The position numbers and the translations under genes are program-made. Of a stretch of 64,000 nt of DNA, positions 11,677 through 22,888 are shown one piece after another. A model generated the notes under the pieces. It saw nothing but the letters and a program-made list of their open reading frames with translations, ran no database searches and had not been told where the DNA came from. Source of the stretch: an uncultured cyanobacterium (GTDB taxonomy: Bacteria > Cyanobacteriota > Cyanobacteriia > Cyanobacteriales > Cyanobacteriaceae); the NCBI GenBank assembly GCA_963710605.1, contig CAVQBA010000004.1:192001-256000 (forward strand), written 5' to 3'. Position 1 is the stretch's first letter, and each line of letters opens with the position of its first letter.

Positions 11677-12732
11677 TTAAACAATTGTGGCGGTTTTTTT
11701 TAAGCAAGAAGAAATTTGTAAGGAATGAAGATTTTGATTTCCTGTACAAAATAATACTGTTTTAATTTCGGCGTTAAGTAAATTGACAAGTTCGTCAACG
11801 GCTTGATTTGATTCTGTTACGGCTTTAAGAAAGGGATAAGCTAAACCGACTACATCTGCACCTAAAGCGATTAGCTTAGCTACTTCTAGCCCATTACGTA
11901 CGCCTCCTGAAGCAATTAAGGGTAAGTGGGGATATTGATAATTAATGTCTTCAATACAATCGGCTGTAGGAATCCCCCAATTTGCAAATGTTTTTCCTAA
12001 TTCAGTTTGCAGATTATTATTTGCTCTTTGACTTTCTACCATTGCCCATGATGTACCTCCTGCACCTGCTACATCGATCGCTTTTACACCTATATTAATT
12101 AATTTTTTTGCCATTCTAGCAGATATACCATTACCTACTTCTTTGACTATGACAGGTACAGATAATTTCTCACAAACTTGACCAATTTTACTTAATAAAT
12201 TTTTAAAGTTAGTATCTCCTTCTGGTTGAATACATTCTTGTAAAGGATTTAGATGTAATATCAAAGCATCGGCTGATAAGATATCAACTAGTTTTTGGCA
12301 TTCACGCCATGTGTAGCCGTAATTAAATTGTACCGCTCCAATATTAGCTAATAACAATATATCTGGTGCGATCGATCTTACTTGAAAGGTAGAAGCTACT
12401 TCAGGTTTTTCTAAGATAACACGTCCTGAACCAATACCCATAGCTAAACCATATTTTTGTGCTGTGGTGGCTAATTTGTGATTAATAATTTTGGCATTTT
12501 CTGTACCACCTGTCATTGAAGAAATCAAAATAGGAGAATTAAGTTTTTTGCCGAAAAAGGTAGTTGAAAGATCAATTTCTGGATAATCTAATTCAGGTAA
12601 ACAATAATGATCAAAATTATATTTTTCTAATCCGTTAGTAACTTGATTAAATTGAACTGTTTCATCTAAACAAATTTTTATGTGATCATCTTTTCTGTTT
12701 TGAGTATCAGTTAATCTTTCTTCGTAATTCAT
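11677..12732 (-). CDS. fni: type 2 isopentenyl-diphosphate delta-isomerase
   Basis: RKDDH, SSMTGG, HLNPLQE, KEVGNG, GAGGTSW. Confidence 0.95.
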   Translation of the reverse strand: MNYEERLTDTQNRKDDHIKICLDETVQFNQVTNGLEKYNFDHYCLPELDYPEIDLSTTFFGKKLNSPILISSMTGGTENAKIINHKLATTAQKYGLAMGIGSGRVILEKPEVASTFQVRSIAPDILLLANIGAVQFNYGYTWRECQKLVDILSADALILHLNPLQECIQPEGDTNFKNLLSKIGQVCEKLSVPVIVKEVGNGISARMAKKLINIGVKAIDVAGAGGTSWAMVESQRANNNLQTELGKTFANWGIPTADCIEDINYQYPHLPLIASGGVRNGLEVAKLIALGADVVGLAYPFLKAVTESNQAVDELVNLLNAEIKTVLFCTGNQNLHSLQISSCLKKTATIV

Positions 12733-12798
12733 GGAGAATAGTTGATAGGTTTTTGAGTAAGGAGTAAGGAGGAAAAATAACTAACACCATTCCACCTA

Positions 12799-12833
12799 AC
12801 TTATAACTTATAGCTTACAGCTTACAGCTTATA
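12799..12833. repeat. heptamer tandem repeat (RCTTAYA)x5
   Basis: acttata acttata gcttaca gcttaca gcttata. Confidence 0.8.
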
Positions 12834-12838
12834 ATTAT

Positions 12839-14041
12839 TCATTGTTCGCTTTTAATAGTTTCAACTTGACTGATTTTTTGCTCAAAATAATCTTCTTTAT
12901 ATTTTAGTTCAAATGCGATCGCTCTTGCCATTCTAAAATAAGTTAAAGCCTTAAGATAATCTTGTTTTTGAGTATAAATAGTACCAATAAAATCATAAGT
13001 ATTCATTAAACCATAAAAATTATAAGAATTACTTTCAATTTTGACTAACTCTTGATAAACTAGCAAAGCTGAGTCAAATTGTTCGTATTTTTGATATAAC
13101 TGTCCTAATTGTTTTAAAGCATCACCAGCAATCGCAAATTGCTCTAAAGACAAAGCTAAAGCAAAAGCAGACTGATAAAATTCACTTGCTGATTGAGGAT
13201 TATCCAACGCTTGATAATCATTACCAATTGAAATTCTTAAACGTGCTAACTCGGATACATTACCATCATTTAAAAAATTTTGAGCTAATTGCTTTTTGTA
13301 ATCAACAGAATTATCAGGATTAACTAACGCCTGACTAATTTCGGCTAGTTTTTGTAAATAAATACTTTCGGATAAATAATCTTGATTACTACGAGCAATC
13401 TCTAATAATTTTTCGTAAATTGGTTGTGCTGAATAATAATCGAATTTAGCTAAATATAACTTACCTAGTTTTTCTGAAGTGCTTAAAACTAAATTATCAT
13501 CATTGTTAGCTTGAGCGAAAACTAAATTTTGTTGATGCAAAACGATCGATTTATCAATTGAATGTAAAACATCATAAGCTTTAATAAATAAAGGTAAAAC
13601 TTCAGGATTAAGTTGATTTTGTTGACTATTTTCTTGTTCTAAAATCAATAATCGTGCTTGTAAAAATTCTAAATCTTGACTACGTCTTTGCTCCCATGCT
13701 ACTGCCCCTGCTGTCATAATTGTTTCCATTTCAGTATTTAAATCAAGAAAGCGACTTAAATTAATTGCTTCATACCAGAAAACAAAAGCTTGATCGATAT
13801 TTTCATCAACTAATTCTTGTTTTGCCATCACATCTAACTCGGTGATTCTTTCTCTAACTCTTTTTTGTTCTAAAGGAGTTAAATTTCGTTTGATAGAAGG
13901 AAGTAGTTGATGTTCAAAATTATTATTTAAAGGATTAACAATCACATTTTCTTGAGCTAAAGAAAATTTAACTTGACCTAAAAACATTAAAGTACAAATA
14001 AGTAAGAAATTATTTATTTTTTTAAATTTGAAAAAAAGCAT
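12839..14041 (-). CDS. tetratricopeptide-repeat protein with N-terminal signal peptide
   Basis: Hydrophobic N-terminus ending SLA-Q; repeated LG.LY....Y..A helical units. Confidence 0.75.
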   Translation of the reverse strand: MLFFKFKKINNFLLICTLMFLGQVKFSLAQENVIVNPLNNNFEHQLLPSIKRNLTPLEQKRVRERITELDVMAKQELVDENIDQAFVFWYEAINLSRFLDLNTEMETIMTAGAVAWEQRRSQDLEFLQARLLILEQENSQQNQLNPEVLPLFIKAYDVLHSIDKSIVLHQQNLVFAQANNDDNLVLSTSEKLGKLYLAKFDYYSAQPIYEKLLEIARSNQDYLSESIYLQKLAEISQALVNPDNSVDYKKQLAQNFLNDGNVSELARLRISIGNDYQALDNPQSASEFYQSAFALALSLEQFAIAGDALKQLGQLYQKYEQFDSALLVYQELVKIESNSYNFYGLMNTYDFIGTIYTQKQDYLKALTYFRMARAIAFELKYKEDYFEQKISQVETIKSEQ

Positions 14042-14239
14042 TTATTTTGCCAACAAGAGATTTTTTACTAATGATTAATTATTTCTTGCCAATTATTTAA
14101 TTATTAACTGTTGTCACTATTCTCGTCGATTTTAACAAATCCAGTTGAGAATAATGGTAATATTGCTATGCAATCGATCGCTAACACAAAATAATCTAAT
14201 CAGATTGCAAATATTACAGTAAAACATATCCTTAACAAT

Positions 14240-15838
14240 ATGGCAAAAGTTCTCGTATCTGATCCCATCGATCAAACAGGGATTAAAATTCTATCTCAAG
14301 TAGCCGAAGTAGATATAAACACAGGACTATCCCCTGAAGAATTAACAAAAATAATTGGTGAATACGACGCTTTAATGATTCGCTCTGGTACACAAGTTAC
14401 CGAAGAAGTCATCGAAGCCGCCACAAAATTAAAAATTATTGGTCGTGCAGGTGTCGGTGTAGATAATATAAATGTTCCTGCTGCTACTCGTAAAGGAATA
14501 GTAGTCGTCAATTCTCCAGAAGGAAATACGATCGCCGCCGCCGAACATAGTTTAGCCATGATGCTTTCGCTTTCTCGCCATATTCCTAGTGCTAACCAAT
14601 CGGTAAAAGCTGAAAAATGGGAACGTAAAAAATTCATGGGTACAGAAGTTTATAAAAAAACTTTGGGTGTCGTGGGTTTAGGCAAAATCGGTTCTCATGT
14701 AGCTAAAGCCGCCAAAGCAATGGGGATGAAAATCTTAGCATACGATCCCTTTATTTCCCAAGAAAGAGCCGCTCAATTAGGTTGTACCTTGGTCGATTTA
14801 GGCTTGATTTTCTCTGAATCTGATTATATTACTCTTCATGTACCCAAAACTAAAGATACAGCTAATCTAATTAACACTGAAGCATTAGCTAAAATGAAGC
14901 CTAATGCTAGAATTATTAACTGTTCTCGTGGTGGTATCATCGATGAAGACGCTCTTTATGAAGCCCTAAAAAATGGTCAAATTGCAGGTGCGGCTTTAGA
15001 TGTATTTGCTAGTGAGCCTTTAGGAGAATCTAAACTAAGAGAATTAGGTAGTAACGTCATTCTTACACCTCATTTAGGAGCTTCTACCGCCGAAGCACAA
15101 GTCAATGTCGCAGTTGATGTAGCCGAGCAAATTAGAGATGTTATCCTTGGTTTACCTGCCCGTAGTGCGGTTAATATACCTGGTTTAAGTCCAGATGTAA
15201 TGGAAAAATTACGTCCTTATATGGCTTTATCTGAAGTATTAGGTAATTTAGTTGCTCAACTAGCAGGAGACAGAGTCAAAAGTTTTAGTATCAGATTACA
15301 AGGAGATTTAGCCGAAGGAAGTAATAGTCAACCTTTAGTTGTCGCCGCAATCAAAGGTTTGTTATCTAAAGCTTTAAGAGAAAGAGTTAACTACGTTAAT
15401 GCCGCTATTGAAGCTAAAGAAAGAGGTATTCATGTTATTGAAACCAAAGATGCAAGTATTAATGACTATAGTAATTCTATTCATTTAGAAGCTACAGGTA
15501 CTAAAGGCACTCATACTGTGACTGGTGCTTTATTAAATGATGGCGAAATACGGATTATTAATTTAGATGGTTTCCCTGTTAATGTACCGCCTAATACCTA
15601 TATGTTATTTACTCTCCACCGAGATATGCCCGGAATTATTGGTAGAATTGGTTCTTTGTTAGGTAACTATAATGTCAATATTGCCAGTATGCAAGTGGGA
15701 CGTAAAATAGTTCGTGGTGATGCGGTTATGGTACTAATGATCGATGATCCTTTACCTGACGGTATTTTAGAAGAAATTCTTAATGTACCTAATGTGACCG
15801 ATGCTTATACAGTTAATTTGGCTTTGGATAACTACTAA
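14240..15838 (+). CDS. serA: D-3-phosphoglycerate dehydrogenase
   Basis: RAGVGVDN, GLGKIG, TPHLGAST, C-terminal ACT domain (HRDMPGIIG). Confidence 0.96.
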   Translation: MAKVLVSDPIDQTGIKILSQVAEVDINTGLSPEELTKIIGEYDALMIRSGTQVTEEVIEAATKLKIIGRAGVGVDNINVPAATRKGIVVVNSPEGNTIAAAEHSLAMMLSLSRHIPSANQSVKAEKWERKKFMGTEVYKKTLGVVGLGKIGSHVAKAAKAMGMKILAYDPFISQERAAQLGCTLVDLGLIFSESDYITLHVPKTKDTANLINTEALAKMKPNARIINCSRGGIIDEDALYEALKNGQIAGAALDVFASEPLGESKLRELGSNVILTPHLGASTAEAQVNVAVDVAEQIRDVILGLPARSAVNIPGLSPDVMEKLRPYMALSEVLGNLVAQLAGDRVKSFSIRLQGDLAEGSNSQPLVVAAIKGLLSKALRERVNYVNAAIEAKERGIHVIETKDASINDYSNSIHLEATGTKGTHTVTGALLNDGEIRIINLDGFPVNVPPNTYMLFTLHRDMPGIIGRIGSLLGNYNVNIASMQVGRKIVRGDAVMVLMIDDPLPDGILEEILNVPNVTDAYTVNLALDNY

Positions 15839-16002
15839 AATGAGTAATGAGTAATGAGTAATAAGTAAGGAGTAATAGCCAATAACTAGACAGGCTAACC
15901 CTACTTTTTACCTATTACCTATTACCTATTACCTATTACCTATTACCTATTACCTATTACCTATTACCTATTACCTATTACCTATTACCTATTACCTATT
16001 AC
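15839..16002. repeat. heptamer tandem repeats: (AATGAGT)-like x5, then perfect (TTACCTA)x13 at 15908-15998
   Basis: Counted directly; the array ends a few nt before the prmA ATG. Confidence 0.95.
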
Positions 16003-16009
16003 TTAATAA

Positions 16010-16894
16010 ATGATTACTCGCTGGTGGGAAATTAAAGTTAATTATGTAGCCGAATTAGAAGATACAATTTTTTGGCGTTTACAAGAATTAGGTTGTCAGG
16101 GTACAGCTTTAATGGAAGAAGATCAAGTGTGGTATGTGAAAGGTTATGTACCCGCCTTAACAACAGAAAATCTGGATTTAGCGGCTTTGGCTTTGTTATT
16201 AAAACAAGATTTTACTGTACTCAATCAAGACATTCCTTCTGTTTCTTGGCAACTAATTGATGATGAGGATTGGGCAAGTAGCTGGAAAGAGCATTGGCAA
16301 CCGTTGATGATTGGTTCTAGGTTTGCTGTCTATCCTGTATGGATTGAAGTGCCTAGCGATTTGGATCGGTTGTTAATTCGTCTTGATCCCGGCTCTGCTT
16401 TTGGTACAGGTGTTCATCAAACAACTCAGTTATGTTTAGAAGCGTTGGAAATGAGAGTTGATGAAGATAGTGATGAATTAATGTTAGCTGATATAGGTTG
16501 TGGTACAGGAATTTTATCGATCGGTGCTAGGCTTTTAGGTGCAAAAGAAGTTTGGGCAGTGGATGTCGATATTTTAGCGGTGAATGCTACTATAGAAAAT
16601 AGTGAATTTAATCATGTCGATCGTATTGAGGTAATGCAAGGAAGTATTGAACAAATCAAACAGAAAGCTGATTTCAAATTTGACGGGCTAGTTTGTAATA
16701 TTTTGGCTGAAATTATTAAACCGATTATTCCTGATATGGGGGAGATTATTAAACCTCAAGGCTGGATCATTCTTAGTGGTATTTTAGTCGAGCAATCGAT
16801 CGATGTTACTAATATTTTAGAAGAACACGGCTGGATAATTTCTGCTCTTTGGAAGAAAGATGAATGGTGTTGTATCAACGCCAAACGAAAATAA
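16010..16894 (+). CDS. prmA: ribosomal protein L11 methyltransferase
   Basis: DEDWASSWK, DPGSAFGTGVHQTT, DIGCGTGILS, NILAE. Confidence 0.95.
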   Translation: MITRWWEIKVNYVAELEDTIFWRLQELGCQGTALMEEDQVWYVKGYVPALTTENLDLAALALLLKQDFTVLNQDIPSVSWQLIDDEDWASSWKEHWQPLMIGSRFAVYPVWIEVPSDLDRLLIRLDPGSAFGTGVHQTTQLCLEALEMRVDEDSDELMLADIGCGTGILSIGARLLGAKEVWAVDVDILAVNATIENSEFNHVDRIEVMQGSIEQIKQKADFKFDGLVCNILAEIIKPIIPDMGEIIKPQGWIILSGILVEQSIDVTNILEEHGWIISALWKKDEWCCINAKRK

Positions 16895-16969
16895 TTAATT
16901 ATTAGGTGTCAGGTGTGGACATTCGGTGTCTTGTTCAGTATTCTGTCTGCTCAGGTATGCTTTTATCCA

Positions 16970-17002
16970 CAATTCTCAATTCTCAATTCTCAATTCTCAA
17001 TT
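16970..17002. repeat. heptamer tandem repeat (CAATTCT)x4+
   Basis: Read directly; same unit at 45283-45315. Confidence 0.85.
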
Positions 17003-17009
17003 ATTGAAT

Positions 17010-18446
17010 ATGGCTTTAACTTTATATAATACCCTGACCAAGCAAGAAGAAGAATTAAAATCTCTACAACCAAATCAAATATCTATGTATTGCTGTGGTA
17101 TTACAGCATATGATTATTGTCATTTAGGTCATGCTCGTACTTGCATTACATGGGATATAGTCAGACGTTACCTTACTTGGAGAGGATATAAAGTTAGATA
17201 TATCCAAAATTTTACAGATATTGACGATAAAATTCTTAACCGTGCTAGAAGAGAAAATAGCACCATGGAAGAAGTTGCCGATCGTTTTATCGATGCTTAT
17301 TTTGAAGATATGGATAATCTGAATGTCGAAAAAGCTGATTCTTATCCTCGTGCAACTCATACTCTTGATGGGATTAAAAAATTAATTTGGCAGTTAGAAG
17401 AAAAAGGATTTGCTTATCAAGCCCAAGGTGATGTTTATTATTCAGTCGCTAAATTTGCTGATTATGGTAAATTGTCAGGACGCAAATTAGATGATGTGCA
17501 AGTAGGAGCAAGTGGTAGGGTTGGTAGTAGTATAAATATCAAGCAGGAGTCCTCTGATTTTGCCCTCTGGAAAAGTGCGAAACCCGATGAACCAAGTTTT
17601 GAATCAAAATGGGGAAAAGGTCGTCCAGGTTGGCATATAGAATGTTCAGCAATGGTCAGAGAAGTATTAGGAGAAACGATCGATATTCACGTAGGTGGTA
17701 ATGATTTAGTTTTTCCTCATCACGAAAACGAAATTGCTCAATCAGAAGCAGTTACAGGTAAACCATTAGCTAATTATTGGTTACATAATGGGATGGTAAA
17801 AGTAGGTGGTGAAAAAATGTCGAAATCTTTAGGTAATTTTGTCACCATTCGTGATTTATTAGCTAAATATGATCCTATGGCGATACGTTTATTTATTTTA
17901 CAAGCGAATTATCGTAAACCGCTCGACTTTACCGATTCAGCTATGGAGGCGGTGACAAATGGTTGGCAAACTTTAGTAGATGGATTACTTTTTGCTAGTC
18001 AGTATGGTTCACAGCTCAAAATGCCACCAGAAAACCAGCTAGAACCTATTAAATCAGTTGTCGAACAATTTAGTCAAGTAGTCGATCGAGATTTTAATTT
18101 TTCATCGGGTTTAGCTATTTTATTTGATTTGGCTAAAGAATTACGTAAAGAAGCTAATGTTTTCACTCATGAAGGCAAAACAAATCTTTCGATTGAAGAA
18201 TTAGCCCAAAAATGGCAAACCCTTGTTCATCTTGCTTCTGTATTAGGTTTAGAAGCTCAAGATAATAATGAGCTAACTAGCAAATCTGATATGATTGATA
18301 GTGAAATTGAAAACTTAATTGAGCAACGTAATGCCGCTCGTTTAGCTAAAGATTACGCCCAAAGCGATCGAATACGTGATGTGCTAAAAGCTAAAGGCAT
18401 CACCTTAGTTGATAGTAAAGAAGGTACTAAATGGCATCATAATTAA
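17010..18446 (+). CDS. cysS: cysteinyl-tRNA synthetase (start corrected to ATG 17010)
   Basis: CGIT.YDYCHLGH, PGWHIECS, KMSKS; the extra N-terminal residues in the ORF track run through the heptamer repeat. Confidence 0.96.
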   Translation: MALTLYNTLTKQEEELKSLQPNQISMYCCGITAYDYCHLGHARTCITWDIVRRYLTWRGYKVRYIQNFTDIDDKILNRARRENSTMEEVADRFIDAYFEDMDNLNVEKADSYPRATHTLDGIKKLIWQLEEKGFAYQAQGDVYYSVAKFADYGKLSGRKLDDVQVGASGRVGSSINIKQESSDFALWKSAKPDEPSFESKWGKGRPGWHIECSAMVREVLGETIDIHVGGNDLVFPHHENEIAQSEAVTGKPLANYWLHNGMVKVGGEKMSKSLGNFVTIRDLLAKYDPMAIRLFILQANYRKPLDFTDSAMEAVTNGWQTLVDGLLFASQYGSQLKMPPENQLEPIKSVVEQFSQVVDRDFNFSSGLAILFDLAKELRKEANVFTHEGKTNLSIEELAQKWQTLVHLASVLGLEAQDNNELTSKSDMIDSEIENLIEQRNAARLAKDYAQSDRIRDVLKAKGITLVDSKEGTKWHHN

Positions 18447-18486
18447 GAAATAAGAAAACGTAAATAACTAACAAAAGACTAAAACT

Positions 18487-21400
18487 ATGAAAGCTAATTT
18501 AAAATCAATTAACTTTTATTTATTATTATTAATTGCTTTAGCTTACTTAGGAAATTATTTTAAAGTCACTCTTTTCTTCGGAATTGACTTTATTTTTGGG
18601 AGTATTTTTGTTTGGATAGTCAGTATTTTATGGGGTAAATTTTGGGGAACTATAACAGGATTTGTTGGTTCTATTTATACCTATTTTTTGTGGGGACATC
18701 CTTATGCTATTGTAATTTTCACCTTAGAAGCTATTTTAGTTAATTATTATTATCCACAAAAAAATAGAAATATAATTTTAGTTGATATTTTTTATTGGCT
18801 GTTTGTTGGGATACCCTTAGGTTTTGTTTTTTATTATTTTGTTTTGAATATTTCTTTAATAGAAACTACTTTAATTGTTTTAAAACAACCAGTTAACGCA
18901 ATATTTAATGTTATTTTAGCCAATGTAATTATAAACTTACTAGCAGTAAGAAGCTTAACTTATTTTAAGAACAAAAACTTTGTCTTATCTTTTAAACAAA
19001 ACTTGTTTAATTTACTATTGATATTTATTTTTATTCCTACCTTGGCTATCACTGTCATTAATGGAAATAAAATAGCTGTTCAACAAGAAGCTGAAATTAT
19101 TCATGAATTAGAAGAGACAACTGAACACTTAAAATTGGATTTTGTTAGTTGGCAAAATCTACATTTTAATCTTTTAGATAAAATAGATGCTAATGATTTG
19201 AATAATCAAAGTTTATTAAATAACAAAATAGATAATTTAAATGGTATTTTAGTTGATATTGAGGTTATTTTTGTAGCTGATGCTCAAGGTGAAATAATTG
19301 CTTACGCTTCTACTCCTAATTATCCCATAACAAATATTATTGGTCAAAATATTAGTGGGAGTGAAGAATTTGAAACAATTAAACTGGAAAATCAAAAGAG
19401 AATTTACGATTTTAATTCAGATAAAATCTTTACCCGAAAGCACGTATCAATACTTAAGCCTTTAATTGATGAAGATAGTAATTTTCAAGGGGTATTTTAT
19501 GCCGTAATTTCTCAAGATAAAATTGAGCAGTTTCTTAATTATCACGAAGATGAAGAAGACGTTAATATATCACTTTTAAATAATAATAATGAAGTGATTA
19601 CGAGTAACCAAAAAAATAAAGATACAACAGTAATAAATTGGAATAATACTCAAGTAAAAAAGGAGATAATAACTAACAATATCGAGCATTTGTTACCAAT
19701 TAATCCTAGTCTTCCGATTATGAAGATATGGAGCGAATCGGTATATATTAAAAAAACAAAATTATCTCCCCAAATACCTTGGAATATTGTTGTTCAAGTT
19801 CCGGCAAAACCTTATATAAAAGAGTTGAGTAAAAGTTATGCCGAGTCTCTTTCTCTCTTATTTATTACTACGATGGTAGCATTTTGGTTAGCTGAAAAAT
19901 ATAGTGATAAATTAGTTTTACCGTTAAAATATTTGGGAGAAAATACAACTAATTTACCGAAAAAAATATTGTATGAGCAAGAAGAATTTGTTTGGCAAGG
20001 GACTAATATACAAGAAATAGAATTATTAGTCGAAAATTATCGATCGATGATTGGGGCATTAAAAGAAAAATTTGATCAAATCAATCAATCAAGACAAAGT
20101 TTAACTCTACAAGTAGAAGAAAGAACAAAAGTTTTACAACAACAAATAGAAGAAAAAAGAGAGATTGAAAAATTACTTAGAGAAAGAGAACAAAGATACG
20201 AATTAGCAGTTTCAGGTACTAATGATGGACTTTGGGATTGGAATTTAAAAAACAATCATGTTTATTATTCCCCTGCTTGGATGCGTATTTTAGGTTATCA
20301 AGCAAATGGTTTACCACCAATAATCGAATCTTGGTTTCACCGTATTCATGAAGAAGATTTAGAAGATAATTTACAAGCAATACACTCTTATACCAACAAA
20401 GAAACAGATTTATATCAAAGTATTCATCGTATTCAACATTCGGATGAGCATTATCTTTGGATTTTAGCTAAAGGTAAAATGGATCAAGATGAGCAAGGGA
20501 AAGTTTATCGTCTAGTAGGTACTATCACCGACATTACCGAAAAAATTAAAACAGAACAAGAAATACAATTAGCAATTGAAGAAGCAGAAGCGGCAAATAG
20601 AGCTAAAAGTGATTTTTTAGCAACTATGAGTCACGAAATTAGAACACCGATGAATGCTGTTATAGGTATGACAGGATTACTATTAGATACACCTTTAAAC
20701 AACGAACAAAAAGAATTTACCGAAATAATTCGTACTAGTGCTGATAGTCTGCTAACTATTATTAATGATATTCTTGATTTTTCTAAAATAGAGTCAGGTA
20801 AACTAGAACTAGAATGTCAAAATTTTTCTTTAATTAGTGTGGTTGAGGAATCTTTAGATTTAATTGCACCTAAAGCAAGTAGCAAAAATATCGAATTAGC
20901 CTATTTTATTGATATAGATGTACCAGTAAATATTAATGGTGATATAACTCGTTTAAGACAAATTTTAGTTAATTTACTCACTAATGCGGTTAAATTTACG
21001 CCAACTGGTGAGGTAGTCATTCAAGTAAAGGTTATCAATCAAAAAATAATTAAGGAATATTTAAATGAATATGAATTAATTTTTACCGTCACTGATACAG
21101 GTATTGGTATTCCCGAAAGTAGGATGGATAGATTATTTAAAGCTTTTTCTCAGGTAGATGCTTCAACTACTCGTAATTATGGAGGTACAGGTTTAGGTTT
21201 AGCTATTTGTACTCGCTTGATTAAAATGATGAAGGGCAAAATATGGGTAGAAAGCCAAGGTAAAATCAGTGGCGATTATCCTGAGTATTGGCAAGTATCT
21301 TCTACTACAGATGATTTGGGTTCAGTTTTTGGCTTTACGGTAAAAACAAAAATTAGTAATATTTTACCTCAGTTAGAAATTCCTCATCCCACTGAGTTAA

Positions 21401-22647
21401 AAAATAAATCCGTCTTAATTGTTGATGATAATGAAACTAATCGACAAGTATTGATTATTCAATGTCAGAAATTAGGGATGAAGACAATTGTTGCATCTTC
21501 AGGGAAAGAAGCTTTGTTGATGTTGAAAAATAAGTACCAAAAAACTGAGGTTGCTATTTTAGATATGCAGATGCCTGCTATGGATGGTGTTACTTTGGCT
21601 AAACAAATTCATTCAATTCCTGATTTTCATAGTTTACCTTTGATTTTACTAAGTTCGATTGGTCAATTAGAAAATAATAATTATATTCGACAAGTTAATT
21701 GGCACACAATTATCAATAAACCAATTAAACAATCTCAACTATCGGACATTTTGATCAACGTTTTTAGTTCTAAATCAGGACAAGATAATTCTTTTGTGGT
21801 TCAAAATAACGTACATTCTCAATTTGAAGATATTGCTAGTGTTACACCATTAAAAATTTTGATTGCTGAAGATAATATTGTTAACCAAAAAGTTATCACC
21901 AATATTCTTAAGCGTTTGGGTTATCGTGCTGATGTGGTAGCTAATGGTTTAGAAGTTTTAGAGACATTACGTCGTCAATCTTATGATTTAATTTTAATGG
22001 ATGTACAGATGCCAGAAATGGATGGCTTGACTGCAACTAGACAGATTCGCACTTTATGGCACTCTCCTAATAGTAATTTTCAAGGTAATCCTCCTTCTAT
22101 CATAGCGATGACGGCTAATGCCATGGAAGGCGACAGGGAAAACTGTTTAGCGGCAGGAATGGATGATTATTTATCTAAACCTGTACGGATTAATCAATTG
22201 ATGTCAAAATTAAAAAATTTAAAATCTAATTATCCCATTTCAGAAGATAATCATAAAATAGAAGAAAGTAAAAAAGAACCAGCACAAGTTGTGAATTTAG
22301 ATTCTCAGGCAATTTTGGAATTAAAAGATATGATTGGCGAAGAAGATTTTGTGGCGGTTTTTACCGAACTAGTAGAAACTTATCTAGAAGATAGCCCTAA
22401 TTTAATTCAGGCTTTGATTATTGGGGCTAAAAATCAAAATATAGAAGAGGTTAAAATTAATGCCCATAGCCTCAAATCTAGTAGTGCCACTTTAGGAGCG
22501 ATGACATTTTCGCAAATCTGTAAACAAATAGAATCTTACTGCATTAAGGGAAAATTAGTTGAAGCACGGGCTTTGATACCTCAATTAGAAGATAATTATC
22601 AACAAACTCAAGTTTTGCTCAACCGTGAAATTGAAAAGTTATCTTAA
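18487..22647 (+). CDS. membrane hybrid sensor kinase (multi-TM N-terminus, Cache-like domain, PAS, HisKA, HATPase, two REC, Hpt)
   Basis: DGLWDWN PAS, MSHEIRTPMN, NAVKFT, GGTGLGL, two DMQMP/DVQMP receivers, AHSLKSSS Hpt. Confidence 0.92.
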   Translation: MKANLKSINFYLLLLIALAYLGNYFKVTLFFGIDFIFGSIFVWIVSILWGKFWGTITGFVGSIYTYFLWGHPYAIVIFTLEAILVNYYYPQKNRNIILVDIFYWLFVGIPLGFVFYYFVLNISLIETTLIVLKQPVNAIFNVILANVIINLLAVRSLTYFKNKNFVLSFKQNLFNLLLIFIFIPTLAITVINGNKIAVQQEAEIIHELEETTEHLKLDFVSWQNLHFNLLDKIDANDLNNQSLLNNKIDNLNGILVDIEVIFVADAQGEIIAYASTPNYPITNIIGQNISGSEEFETIKLENQKRIYDFNSDKIFTRKHVSILKPLIDEDSNFQGVFYAVISQDKIEQFLNYHEDEEDVNISLLNNNNEVITSNQKNKDTTVINWNNTQVKKEIITNNIEHLLPINPSLPIMKIWSESVYIKKTKLSPQIPWNIVVQVPAKPYIKELSKSYAESLSLLFITTMVAFWLAEKYSDKLVLPLKYLGENTTNLPKKILYEQEEFVWQGTNIQEIELLVENYRSMIGALKEKFDQINQSRQSLTLQVEERTKVLQQQIEEKREIEKLLREREQRYELAVSGTNDGLWDWNLKNNHVYYSPAWMRILGYQANGLPPIIESWFHRIHEEDLEDNLQAIHSYTNKETDLYQSIHRIQHSDEHYLWILAKGKMDQDEQGKVYRLVGTITDITEKIKTEQEIQLAIEEAEAANRAKSDFLATMSHEIRTPMNAVIGMTGLLLDTPLNNEQKEFTEIIRTSADSLLTIINDILDFSKIESGKLELECQNFSLISVVEESLDLIAPKASSKNIELAYFIDIDVPVNINGDITRLRQILVNLLTNAVKFTPTGEVVIQVKVINQKIIKEYLNEYELIFTVTDTGIGIPESRMDRLFKAFSQVDASTTRNYGGTGLGLAICTRLIKMMKGKIWVESQGKISGDYPEYWQVSSTTDDLGSVFGFTVKTKISNILPQLEIPHPTELKNKSVLIVDDNETNRQVLIIQCQKLGMKTIVASSGKEALLMLKNKYQKTEVAILDMQMPAMDGVTLAKQIHSIPDFHSLPLILLSSIGQLENNNYIRQVNWHTIINKPIKQSQLSDILINVFSSKSGQDNSFVVQNNVHSQFEDIASVTPLKILIAEDNIVNQKVITNILKRLGYRADVVANGLEVLETLRRQSYDLILMDVQMPEMDGLTATRQIRTLWHSPNSNFQGNPPSIIAMTANAMEGDRENCLAAGMDDYLSKPVRINQLMSKLKNLKSNYPISEDNHKIEESKKEPAQVVNLDSQAILELKDMIGEEDFVAVFTELVETYLEDSPNLIQALIIGAKNQNIEEVKINAHSLKSSSATLGAMTFSQICKQIESYCIKGKLVEARALIPQLEDNYQQTQVLLNREIEKLS

Positions 22648-22723
22648 ATCCTTATTTTTTTAGCTCGATAATTGATAATTAGATCTATTTATCATTCGCT
22701 ACTGGTTATTTGCTACTAATTGA

Positions 22724-22888
22724 TATAGTCATTTTAATTAAGTTTGAGACAGTATAAATCATCGTAAAAATGTGATCAGCAAACCCGCCTTGGGTATAAA
22801 TCTCCATTACGCTAATAGAATCCGTTTAATAAATTAAACTAAAAAAAATAATCCTTAAATTGTCTCATTCTTATTTTAATTAACTATA
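22724..22888. mobile_element. MITE-like element, ~165 bp, with 28-bp imperfect terminal inverted repeats ending in TATA
   Basis: Left end tatagtcattttaattaagtttgagaca; reverse complement of right end tatagttaattaaaataagaatgagaca; partial second copy at 25151-25252. Confidence 0.72.

Noticed and set aside
15908..16002. Repeat array as a possible CRISPR
   Set aside because: Contiguous 7-bp units with no spacers and no cas genes; ordinary cyanobacterial tandem heptamers
16926..17009. N-terminal extension of CysS in the ORF track (likewise 25385-25423 for DUF177)
   Set aside because: The extension runs through heptamer repeat sequence (NSQFSILNSQ; STVNCQL); the real starts are the downstream ATGs
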